This document shows, in pieces, positions 9,843-18,062 of a stretch of 64,000 nt of DNA. Source of the DNA: Alphaproteobacteria bacterium. Its GTDB lineage: Bacteria > Pseudomonadota > Alphaproteobacteria > UBA828. The translations under genes were made by a program, and so were the position numbers. The first letter of the stretch is position 1. Each line of letters starts with the position of its first letter. Below the pieces are notes generated by a model that did no database searches, had not been told where the DNA came from, and saw nothing but the letters and a program-made list of their open reading frames with translations. The stretch covers positions 1,314,569-1,378,568 of the forward strand of contig CBDCGS010000011.1 of assembly GCA_965216915.1 (NCBI GenBank), written 5' to 3'.

Positions 9843-10238
9843 ATGAGCCAACGCGACCAGGACAACGTCGATTACTTCCTGACAGAAACCGGCCTCGACT
9901 CCGAGCGCGAGAAGGAGATCGGCCAGCACATCGGCTATCGCTACGACGTCAACCTGCTGCCCGACTACGAGCGCATCACGCCGTTCCTGAAGAGCTACAT
10001 GGAGACCATGGGTTGGTCCGACCTCAATTGGCTGGAAGATGTCCACATGGGCTACGAGGAAGGCCGGCCTGCGGTGTTCGACCGCAACATCAACGGCTGG
10101 GTCACGGTGCCGGAGGACCTGGCGCTTCCCAACAATCAGCAAGACCGGGACATGTTGGCACGTGAGTTGCTAGTGAAATTTCAGATGTCACCGAGCCACC
10201 CCATGGTCGATCTCAACAAGGCCTATCGAAAGTTTTGA
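9843..10238 (+). CDS. Hypothetical protein, 131 aa; candidate DMFase small (alpha) subunit by size and position
   Basis: It has strong RBS AGGAGGG 6 nt upstream of the ATG and begins 10 nt after the stop of the preceding gene. There is no recognisable motif. The call rests on context only. Confidence 0.55.
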   Translation: MSQRDQDNVDYFLTETGLDSEREKEIGQHIGYRYDVNLLPDYERITPFLKSYMETMGWSDLNWLEDVHMGYEEGRPAVFDRNINGWVTVPEDLALPNNQQDRDMLARELLVKFQMSPSHPMVDLNKAYRKF

Positions 10239-10328
10239 CATCCGCGGTCTGCGGTGTTGCGATCGAGCAATCGTGCGACACCGCCAACAATGAAGAGCCG
10301 GAGAACGGTCCCACACAGGGAGGAACAC

Positions 10329-10754
10329 ATGGCAGTTGATATTCCGAACAAGACCGGCATCCAACTCAATCAAGGTCACACGTCGACCGACGACTTCATC
10401 ACGCGAACCTATGTTCTGCCGCTCTTGACCGACGAGGCCACCAAGCAACGCCTCATCGAGGAGCATAAGAACAATCCCATCGGCAAGCCGGGCAAGGCCG
10501 GAAAGGCCGGTGTCGGCCATAGCGACGACCTCATTCGCGTCATCGACAAGCTGCGCCGCGCGCCGATGGCCGGCAAGTACGTCCGCATCTGCCTAAAGCC
10601 GCATGAGGAGTATTGCATCGGCGTCACCTCCGGCAAGCGGGGCGCGCCCGTCGAAATTCTTCGGGACGAGGTCTTCCCGAGCGAGGAAGCGTGCGAGCAC
10701 GGCATCTTCCTGAAGCGGATCGAGGACCTCCTCGCCGCCTACGGCGAGAAATAG
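10329..10754 (+). CDS. Hypothetical small protein, 141 aa; paralog of the ORF at 13266-13628
   Basis: It has RBS AGGGAGGAACAC upstream of the ATG at 10329. It shares the block YVRICLKPHEEYCIGV / ILRDEVFPSEEA with YVVVCTKPEEQWCVGQ / LKLLEDMLFDSPEA in the downstream ORF. Confidence 0.5.
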   Translation: MAVDIPNKTGIQLNQGHTSTDDFITRTYVLPLLTDEATKQRLIEEHKNNPIGKPGKAGKAGVGHSDDLIRVIDKLRRAPMAGKYVRICLKPHEEYCIGVTSGKRGAPVEILRDEVFPSEEACEHGIFLKRIEDLLAAYGEK

Positions 10755-10832
10755 CCGCTACCCGCATTCGCACCGAATTGAGACCGCGCGGGCGTCCGAG
10801 CCGACGCCTCACCGCACGGGAGGGAGAACACG

Positions 10833-13190
10833 ATGCTGCGCATCACCGGTTACAGCGATATCTACTCGGCGCATCCAGGCGACGAGGTGAAGTTTTACGT
10901 CAACTCCGAGGACAACGAGGATTACGAGGCGCATTTCGTGCGCCTGATCCACGGCGACACCAACCCTGAGGGGCCGGGATACAAGGAAGAGGAGCTCGAT
11001 GCTCCCTTCAACAAGACGTACACGGGCGTCAACCAGAAGATCCACGGCGGCTCCTACGTCATCATCCCCGATGACGCGCGCATGAACGTCGAGAGCTTTA
11101 CGGTCCAGGCCTACATTTTTCCGACGACGCCGGACAAGGGCGTCCAGGGGGTCGTGACCAAATGGCTCGCCGCGAACAATTCCGGCTACGCGCTCCTGGT
11201 CGACGAGAACGCCAACCTCGCCCTTTGGATCGGCGATGGCAATGGCAAGGTCGAGAAGATCGCGAGCGGCAAGCCGCTCCTCCGCAAGGTCTGGTATCTG
11301 GCGGCGGCGAGCTACGATGCGGCGAGCGGTGAGGTGCGGCTCTATCAGGAGCCGATGGTCAACCCGACCAACGGCGGGCTCGGTATGTCGCTGTTGCACC
11401 CGAACGACGAAACCGCCTCGGAGGTCACGCGGCGCAGCAGCATCGCGCCGGCCGCGAACGATGCGCCGCTGCTGATGGCCGCCTGCACCGCGGTATCGCG
11501 CGCGGGCCGTTCGGTCTCCGGTGGCCACTACAAGGAAGCGACGGAGCCCGTGGCGCTGCCGGAGCAGACCTGCACCTACAACGGCAAGATCGATCGGCCG
11601 CGGCTCTCGTCGGTCGCGCTCGACAAAAGCGGGATCGATGCGCTGGCACGCGGCTTCCAGGGTTGCCCCGCGGGGCTGCGTGAAACCGTGGTGGGCGCGT
11701 GGGATTTCCAGGCGAACATCACCACGAACATCGCGTCGACCCACATCATCGACACCTCGCCCAATGTCCTGCACGGCCATTGCATCAACCTGCCGTGCCG
11801 CGGGATGACCGGGTACAACTGGACCAGCGACGAGATGGTCTACCACCACGCGCCCGACGAATATGGCGCGATCCACTTCCACGACGACGACATCGACGAC
11901 GCCCGCTGGGACGTGAGCTTCACCCTCACCGTCCCCGAGGGCACGAAAAGCGGCGTCTATGCGGCCCGGCTGCGCATCGGCGGCGCGAGCTCGCCTGAGA
12001 CGGAGGACTACATCCCCATCTTCGTGCGGCCACCGCGCGGCACCGCGACGGCCGACATGGCGGTGATCATCCCCACCGATTCGTATCTCGCCTATTCGAA
12101 CGACAACCTGTCGACGAACTCGGTGGTCGCCCAGCTCCTGGCCGGCAAAGTGCCGATCATGCAGGCCTCCGACCTCTATCTGAACGAGCACCGCGAATAC
12201 GGCCTCTCGACCTATTCGCTGCACTCGGACGGAAGCGGCGTCTGCTACTCCTCGCGTCTCCGCCCGATCCTCAACATGCGGCCGAAATATCGCCACTGGC
12301 TGTCGCCCTCGCTCTGGCAGCTCAACGGCGACCTGCATTTGACCGATTGGCTGGAGGAGAAGGGCTTCACTTTCGACATCCACACCGACGAGGATCTCGA
12401 CCGTGAGGGCGTCGACCTCTTGAACCGCTACCGCGTCGTCCTCACCGGGAGCCATCCGGAATATTCGTCGGAGAAAATGCTGGTTGCCTATGAAGCCTAT
12501 CAGCAGAACGGCGGCCGCTGGATCTACCTCGGCGCCGACGGCTTCTACTGGATCAGCCAATATCATCCGGACAACGGCAACATCATCGAGGTCCGCAAAG
12601 GCGAGGCGGGCACGCGCGCTTGGACCGCCAACCCGGGCGAGTACTACAATGCCTTCGACGGCAAATATGGCGGCATGTGGCGCGCCCGCGGGCGCATTCC
12701 TTCCAAGGTCTGCGGCCTCACCTTCACGGCTTACGGCTTCGATGTGTCGTCCTACTACCGCCGCGAGCCGGATAGCTTCCGTCCGGAATGCGCCTGGATG
12801 TTCGAGGGCATCGGCGAGGACGAGGTCATCGGCGATTTCGGCCTCGTCGGCGGCGGCGCGGCGGGTCTCGAGCTTGACCGCTACGACCTCGAGTTCGGCA
12901 CGCCGCACAACGGCTATCTCCTCGCGCGCTCAGAAGGGCATACCGACCTGATGATGCAGGTCAACGAGGAGATCCACTTCACCTGCCGCGGCTATTACGG
13001 CGGCGGCGACGAGAACCCGATGGTTCGCGCCGACATGATCTACTACAAGACGCCGAACGACGGAGCGGTCTTCGGGCCCGGCTCGCTCGCCTGGTGCGGC
13101 AGCCTCTCGCACAACGACTACGACAACAACGTCTCGCGCCTGATGGAGAACGTGATCAACGGTTTCCTGAGGGAAGGCCCATTGCCGTAG
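10833..13190 (+). CDS. N,N-dimethylformamidase large (beta) subunit-family protein, 785 aa, with an N-terminal LamG/concanavalin-like jellyroll domain
   Basis: RBS GGGAGGGAG. The N-terminal region (EVKFYVNSEDNEDYEAHFVRLIHGD...SGYALLVDENANLALWIGDGNGK) resembles a LamG fold. The overall length and architecture match the DmfA2-like family. A long antisense ORF (10809-12908) is a GC artefact. Confidence 0.7.
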   Translation: MLRITGYSDIYSAHPGDEVKFYVNSEDNEDYEAHFVRLIHGDTNPEGPGYKEEELDAPFNKTYTGVNQKIHGGSYVIIPDDARMNVESFTVQAYIFPTTPDKGVQGVVTKWLAANNSGYALLVDENANLALWIGDGNGKVEKIASGKPLLRKVWYLAAASYDAASGEVRLYQEPMVNPTNGGLGMSLLHPNDETASEVTRRSSIAPAANDAPLLMAACTAVSRAGRSVSGGHYKEATEPVALPEQTCTYNGKIDRPRLSSVALDKSGIDALARGFQGCPAGLRETVVGAWDFQANITTNIASTHIIDTSPNVLHGHCINLPCRGMTGYNWTSDEMVYHHAPDEYGAIHFHDDDIDDARWDVSFTLTVPEGTKSGVYAARLRIGGASSPETEDYIPIFVRPPRGTATADMAVIIPTDSYLAYSNDNLSTNSVVAQLLAGKVPIMQASDLYLNEHREYGLSTYSLHSDGSGVCYSSRLRPILNMRPKYRHWLSPSLWQLNGDLHLTDWLEEKGFTFDIHTDEDLDREGVDLLNRYRVVLTGSHPEYSSEKMLVAYEAYQQNGGRWIYLGADGFYWISQYHPDNGNIIEVRKGEAGTRAWTANPGEYYNAFDGKYGGMWRARGRIPSKVCGLTFTAYGFDVSSYYRREPDSFRPECAWMFEGIGEDEVIGDFGLVGGGAAGLELDRYDLEFGTPHNGYLLARSEGHTDLMMQVNEEIHFTCRGYYGGGDENPMVRADMIYYKTPNDGAVFGPGSLAWCGSLSHNDYDNNVSRLMENVINGFLREGPLP

Positions 13191-13210
13191 GCCGTTGCCG
13201 ACGAACGAGG

Positions 13211-13245
13211 CGGCTCCGCGCGCGGGGCCGTTCTCGTCTCGTCCA
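13211..13245 (+). terminator. GC-rich imperfect hairpin followed by a T-containing tract, downstream of the DMFase-like gene
   Basis: cggctccgcgcgcggggccg is a near-palindrome (2 mismatches), followed by ttctcgtctcgtcc. Confidence 0.3.
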
Positions 13246-13265
13246 GACTCTCGGGGAGATCGGAG

Positions 13266-13628
13266 ATGAGAGACAAGACCCGCAGCTCGCTGATGCCGAC
13301 GTTCGAGATGCCACCCATCGGCAAGAAGGTGATGCCGACGACGGCCGAGCCGCCGAGCGAAATCGAGCGCGCCGTGATGGGCGGCCTCGATCCCGACAAG
13401 CTGAGCGACCTTTCGGAGGTTTTGTTCGCCCTCAACAATCACCGGCATGGGCCGATCGAGGGGTTTTACGTCGTGGTCTGCACCAAGCCGGAGGAGCAAT
13501 GGTGCGTCGGCCAGCTCTGCGCGGACCGCGCGAAGCCGCTCAAGCTCTTGGAGGATATGCTCTTTGATTCCCCCGAGGCGGCACAGGCGGCGGCCGAGCA
13601 GCTAAAGGCCGAGCGCGCGAACGCCTAG
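13266..13628 (+). CDS. Hypothetical small protein, 120 aa; paralog of the ORF at 10329-10754
   Basis: It has RBS GGGGAGATCGGAG. The Cys-containing block is shared with the upstream small ORF. Confidence 0.5.
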   Translation: MRDKTRSSLMPTFEMPPIGKKVMPTTAEPPSEIERAVMGGLDPDKLSDLSEVLFALNNHRHGPIEGFYVVVCTKPEEQWCVGQLCADRAKPLKLLEDMLFDSPEAAQAAAEQLKAERANA

Positions 13629-13668
13629 GCGCGCGGCACGATCGCGTGCGCCTGTCTCCGGCCAAGCG

Positions 13669-14241
13669 ATGACCGCCGCCAATCTGAACGCTATCGCGCA
13701 CGCGCTTGCGGCGCTTCGGCCGATCGCCGACGCCGCGACGGTGGGCGCGCAGGCGGCGCTCATCCACGACAATCTCCACGACGTCTATCAGACCGATATT
13801 CGTGCCTTCCAAGATTTCCGGCGCTTCATGAACCGCCGCGACCGTGACGCAGCGGGCACGCTCGCGGCGTTCTTGACGAAGCGCCGGTCGGCGACTGCGC
13901 AAGCACGTGCGGCGCTCGCGTCCCTTTCAGACGATATTCGCGCCGGCGCCGCGGCGTCCCTGGCCGACGGCCAGCGCCAGGCGCTTTGCGTCTACCTGGA
14001 TCGGGTCCTCGACATTTTGGACGTCGAACGGAACCATCCGGACGAGCGTGATCTGCGCGGGGCGCCCCCCTACGCCATCTCCGCGTTCCTCGAGGCCGGT
14101 CCCGAGGCGCGTCGTGCGCAAGCCAGTGATTTGGCCCGGTTTGCCGATGACATGTGGGTGCTGCTCCTCCCCGCTCGGTGGATGCGGCTCACCGCCGCTT
14201 ATGAGTGCATCGCTGCGGCCTCACATGATGGCGAGCGTTGA
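13669..14241 (+). CDS. Hypothetical protein (190 aa)
   Basis: An Ala/Arg-rich helical protein with no recognisable motif. It may be a frame artefact. Confidence 0.35.
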   Translation: MTAANLNAIAHALAALRPIADAATVGAQAALIHDNLHDVYQTDIRAFQDFRRFMNRRDRDAAGTLAAFLTKRRSATAQARAALASLSDDIRAGAAASLADGQRQALCVYLDRVLDILDVERNHPDERDLRGAPPYAISAFLEAGPEARRAQASDLARFADDMWVLLLPARWMRLTAAYECIAAASHDGER

Positions 14242-14288
14242 ACTCCGTTATGTCTTGGATGGCCTGGCGGCGACACACGCCCCGGCGC

Positions 14289-15083
14289 TCAGCGCATCAC
14301 GAGCCCGCCATTGATGTCGAGCGTGTGCCCCGTGATCGCCTGCGCATGGGGGCTCGCGAGAAACAGCACGGCCATCGCGACGTCGTCCTCGTCGGCCATA
14401 TCACCGGTCGGCATGGTGGCGGTGATCGCGGCAATCTCGGCTTCTGTGATGCCGCTTCGGATCATGCGGGTGTCGACGAGGGCCGGCGCGATGGCGTTGA
14501 CCGTGATGTTGTGAGGCCCAAGCTGGCGGGCCAGCGCCTTGGTCAGGGTCACGCCCGCTCCTTTGGAGACCGCGTAGACCGTCGCGTCGTGCAACCCGCC
14601 GGTGTGCGCCGCTTGGCTGACGAAGTTGATGATGCGACCCCAACCCGCCTCGCGCATCGGCCGTGCGGCTGCCCGGCTGAGGAAGAACTGGCTTTTCACG
14701 TTGGTATCCATCGTGCGCCGCCACGCCGCATCGTCGACGGCCTCGATGTTGCCGCGTTCGATGATCCCGGCAACGTTGACGAGAATATCGAGCCGGCTGT
14801 AGCGCGCCAGCGTGTCCACCACCAGGCGTTCGCACGCGTCGCCAGAGGCGAGGTCACACACCTGTGCGGCGTGGCGCTCGGGCTTGGCCAGGGTGGCGTG
14901 GCTTTCGTGCAGGGCGTCTTGATCGATGTCGCAGCAGACGACCCGGGCGCCGTAGGCCGCGAAGGCCCGCGCGGTCGCCCGGCCGATCCCGCGCGCGGCC
15001 CCCGTGACCAGGGCGACACGCCCGGGCAGGGCGAAATCCGTGGTCAAACGCTCCCCGGTTTCGTTCGCGGCGCGCGCTGTCAC
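14289..15083 (-). CDS. SDR-family oxidoreductase
   Basis: VALVTGAARGIGRAT Rossmann motif, NVAG, and a Y-x3-K catalytic pair (YAVSKGAG). The long N-terminal extension in the ORF track is rejected; a GTG start immediately follows the stop of the upstream gene. Confidence 0.7.
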   Translation of the reverse strand: MTARAANETGERLTTDFALPGRVALVTGAARGIGRATARAFAAYGARVVCCDIDQDALHESHATLAKPERHAAQVCDLASGDACERLVVDTLARYSRLDILVNVAGIIERGNIEAVDDAAWRRTMDTNVKSQFFLSRAAARPMREAGWGRIINFVSQAAHTGGLHDATVYAVSKGAGVTLTKALARQLGPHNITVNAIAPALVDTRMIRSGITEAEIAAITATMPTGDMADEDDVAMAVLFLASPHAQAITGHTLDINGGLVMR

Positions 15084-15952
15084 GCGAGATAGCCCTCGAG
15101 TTCCTGCTTCAGCTTTAGGGTCTCTGTAATGACATCGACATCGTAGCAGCCGCGATAGTTGACGCAGACATATTCGAGCGCGACGTTTCCGTGATAGCCG
15201 CGCGCCTTCAGTTGTTGGACGATGTGACCGAAATCCAAAATGCCGTCCTCCATGCGACACTGCAGCCGCTCGCGGTTTGCCTGGCGCGCGTGGACGTGGC
15301 CGGCCCACGGGATCAGCTCGTCGACCTCTTCCAGCGAGTGCCCTTGCGGCATGAAATGCGAATAGTCGAGGCTGATCTTGAGGCCGGACACGTCTTCGAG
15401 CATGCGCTTGCACGCGGCAAGCGTGCCCATCACCGATTCGCTATGCGGCTCGGGACGGACCTCAACGTCATGACTGCCGGCATGATCGACCATGCGGGTC
15501 AACTCGGCGCGCGAGACGGCGTAGGCCGCCTCGTCATCGACGCCTTGATCGCGATGGATGATCCCCGAGCTGATCGTGATGCCGGGGCATCCGAGAGCGC
15601 CGCAAAAGGCGACGAACGATTTGAACATCTCGAAGTTGTCTTCGCGCATGCGTGCGTCGGGCACGGTGATCGTGCATTTGAGCTCGTCGTCGAGCTCGTC
15701 GATATATTTGTTGCGAAACCAGATGAAGCTGTCGTCGACGGAGAGCTCGAGCGGCTCCATGACCCGCCGCACCTGATCGGCCGCCTTCACCGGATCGCTG
15801 CGCACGGCCGGCCAATCGATGTGCGCCCAGCCGACGGCGGTGTTGCGAAAGCCCAGCGCCCGCACGACCTGCGCGGCACCCTCGAGCGACAAATGTCCTT
15901 TAAGATGTTGCGTGCCGAAACTCCAGCACGGCACGCCGAGTTCGATCGTCAT
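15080..15952 (-). CDS. Sugar phosphate isomerase/epimerase (xylose-isomerase-like TIM barrel) family protein
   Basis: 290 aa with the typical AP-endonuclease-2 / xylose-isomerase-like TIM pattern (HVHARQ...ALEYV). Confidence 0.75.
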   Translation of the reverse strand: MTIELGVPCWSFGTQHLKGHLSLEGAAQVVRALGFRNTAVGWAHIDWPAVRSDPVKAADQVRRVMEPLELSVDDSFIWFRNKYIDELDDELKCTITVPDARMREDNFEMFKSFVAFCGALGCPGITISSGIIHRDQGVDDEAAYAVSRAELTRMVDHAGSHDVEVRPEPHSESVMGTLAACKRMLEDVSGLKISLDYSHFMPQGHSLEEVDELIPWAGHVHARQANRERLQCRMEDGILDFGHIVQQLKARGYHGNVALEYVCVNYRGCYDVDVITETLKLKQELEGYLA

Positions 15953-16080
15953 AACGCGTCTCCTGTTGCGACCGGTCCATCGGTGACATGTCCGGCCGGG
16001 TGAAGCGGTCCCCCGCGTGGTCGGCCGAGGCGGCCAATCGCATGCACACCCCGGCGAAGCCCTCTACGGAGATCTGAAGT

Positions 16081-17037
16081 ATGGCAGATATCAAGCCCGC
16101 AGCGGCGGTAATCGGGACCGGCACGATGGGACCGATGATCGCTCTGACCTTTGCCCTCCATGGCCATCGCACGTGCCTGATCGGGCGCACGGAAAAAGCA
16201 CTCGGCGCGGCGCGCACGGCGATCGGGGTCGCCTACGACGAGCTAGCGGGTGCCGATCTGCTTCCGCCCGGCGCCGCGGGGTGGGCCGGTCGTCTGACAT
16301 TTGACGTGACGCTGCGCCTGGGCGTTGCCGATGTCGATATCGTGGTCGAAGCGATCGCCGAGGATCTCGCGGTCAAGCAAGCGCTTTTCGCCGACCTCGA
16401 CCGAGGCGCGCCACCGGACGCCATCTTGACGAGCTCGACGTCCGGCTTGCCGGTCGATGGCATCGCGGCGGAGTGCGAGAGGCCGGGCCGCGTCGCGGTG
16501 CTGCATTTTGCCAATCCCCCCCACCTGATGCCGACGGTCGAGGTCGTCCCCGGACGCATGACCGACGCCGCGGTGATGGATGCTCTGATCGCGCTGGCGG
16601 TCTCCCTCGGCAAAGAGCCTATTCGGCTTGCGAAAGATATCCCCGGCCACCTTTTCAACCGGCTGCAATACGCCCTGATGCGCGAGGCGTTCGCGCTGGT
16701 GCGAGACGGCGTCGCCGCCCCCGAGGAGATCGACCGTGTCATCAAGCGGGGCTATGCGCTCCGACTGGCCGCCGAAGGCCCGCTCGAGAAGGCTGATCTC
16801 GCAGGCCTTCCCCTGGTCGCGAGTGTCGCGACCTATCTCTTTCCGACGCTCGATCGCAGCACCGCACCGGATCTGATCGAGCGCCTGATCGCAGAGGGCC
16901 GCTCCGGTGCGGCGTCCGGTCAGGGGCTCCACGATTGGACGACTGAGAAAGCCCAACGCGTGGTCGCCGCGCGCAACCAAGACGTGATCCGCCACCTCAA
17001 GCGGAAACCGACCCGGGGGCCGAACGGCGATCGCTGA
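16081..17037 (+). CDS. 3-hydroxyacyl-CoA dehydrogenase-family NAD-binding protein
   Basis: AAVIGTGTMGPMIA N-terminal NAD(P) motif plus a 3HCDH C-terminal domain; 318 aa. Confidence 0.75.
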   Translation: MADIKPAAAVIGTGTMGPMIALTFALHGHRTCLIGRTEKALGAARTAIGVAYDELAGADLLPPGAAGWAGRLTFDVTLRLGVADVDIVVEAIAEDLAVKQALFADLDRGAPPDAILTSSTSGLPVDGIAAECERPGRVAVLHFANPPHLMPTVEVVPGRMTDAAVMDALIALAVSLGKEPIRLAKDIPGHLFNRLQYALMREAFALVRDGVAAPEEIDRVIKRGYALRLAAEGPLEKADLAGLPLVASVATYLFPTLDRSTAPDLIERLIAEGRSGAASGQGLHDWTTEKAQRVVAARNQDVIRHLKRKPTRGPNGDR

Positions 17038-17182
17038 TCGCCGCCTCCCGTCGTCAACCCAAAAAGCCGCTTGAGCGCGATCGGTGCGCAGCGCTAGATA
17101 GGCGCGGCAACGGCGTGCGTTTCCGCGGGCCCGGCCAATTGATGGGCGCGCCGCGTCCAAACCCACGCAAACGAGACGCCGC

Positions 17183-18025
17183 ATGCTCCGAGCGCGATAC
17201 CATCAGCTACGCCGACTCGTGGTGCTGGCCGCTTGCGGACTGGCCCTGCTTGGATCCGCGACCGGCGCCCGCGCCGACACGCCGCACATCACGATCGCGT
17301 CGACGACGTCGACCGAATCATCCGGTTTGTTCGCGCATCTGCTGCCCCAGTTCGAAGCGGCCGCCGGGGTGGCCGCGCGGGTGGTCGCTGTCGGCACGGG
17401 GCAGGCGCTCCGCATCGCCCGCAACGGCGATGCGGACGTGCTCTTCGTGCATCACAAGCCCTCGGAGGAGGCGTTCGTCGCGGAGGGGTGGGGCGTCGAG
17501 CGTTTCGACGTCATGTACAACGATTTCGCGATCGTCGGCCCGGCGGCGGATCCGGCCGGCGTCAAGGGCATGGCCGATGCCGCGGCCGCGCTCGAGCAGA
17601 TTGCGGCGCGGGAGGTGGTGTTCGTCTCGCGCGGCGACGACAGCGGTACGCACAAGAAGGAGCGGAGCCTGTGGGAGGCGGCGGGTGTCGACGTGGTCAC
17701 AGCAAGCGGCACCTGGTATCGCGAGACCGGCAGCGGCATGGGGGCGACGCTGAGCACCGCGAGCGGCATGGAGGCTTACACGCTGACCGACCGCGGCACC
17801 TGGATCAGCTTCAAGAACAAAGGCCCGCTCGCGATCCTGGTCGCGGGAGACGACCGGTTGTTCAACCAATATGGCGTGATCCTGGTCAATCCGGCGAAGC
17901 ACCCCCACGTCAAGGCGGCGCTCGGCCAACGGTTCGTGACCTGGGTGACCTCGGCCGAGGGCCAACGAGCGATCGCTGAGTTCAAGCTCGGCGGCCAGCA
18001 ATTGTTCTTCCCGAATGCGCGGTGA
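17183..18025 (+). CDS. TupA-like tungstate/molybdate-type periplasmic substrate-binding protein (orphan, with signal peptide)
   Basis: Signal peptide LAACGLALLGSATGARA. Conserved TupA-type motifs TTSTESSGL and VSRGDDSGTH. No adjacent permease or ATPase genes. Confidence 0.7.
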   Translation: MLRARYHQLRRLVVLAACGLALLGSATGARADTPHITIASTTSTESSGLFAHLLPQFEAAAGVAARVVAVGTGQALRIARNGDADVLFVHHKPSEEAFVAEGWGVERFDVMYNDFAIVGPAADPAGVKGMADAAAALEQIAAREVVFVSRGDDSGTHKKERSLWEAAGVDVVTASGTWYRETGSGMGATLSTASGMEAYTLTDRGTWISFKNKGPLAILVAGDDRLFNQYGVILVNPAKHPHVKAALGQRFVTWVTSAEGQRAIAEFKLGGQQLFFPNAR

Positions 18026-18062
18026 CGCCCAGCCGGGCATCGTTGGACGGCAAGGCATCCTC

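Noticed and set aside
10809-12908. 699-aa ORF antisense to the DMFase-beta-like gene
   Set aside because: Arg/Ala/Gly-rich composition typical of the wrong-frame translation of high-GC DNA. It is fully embedded in a gene with recognisable domains on the other strand.
14238-15092. 284-aa plus-strand ORF opposite the SDR gene; also the long N-terminal extension (15084-15413) of the SDR ORF
   Set aside because: Antisense artefact. The SDR Rossmann motif begins ~20 aa after a GTG at 15083 that abuts the upstream gene's stop, so the extension would overlap the sugar-phosphate isomerase gene.
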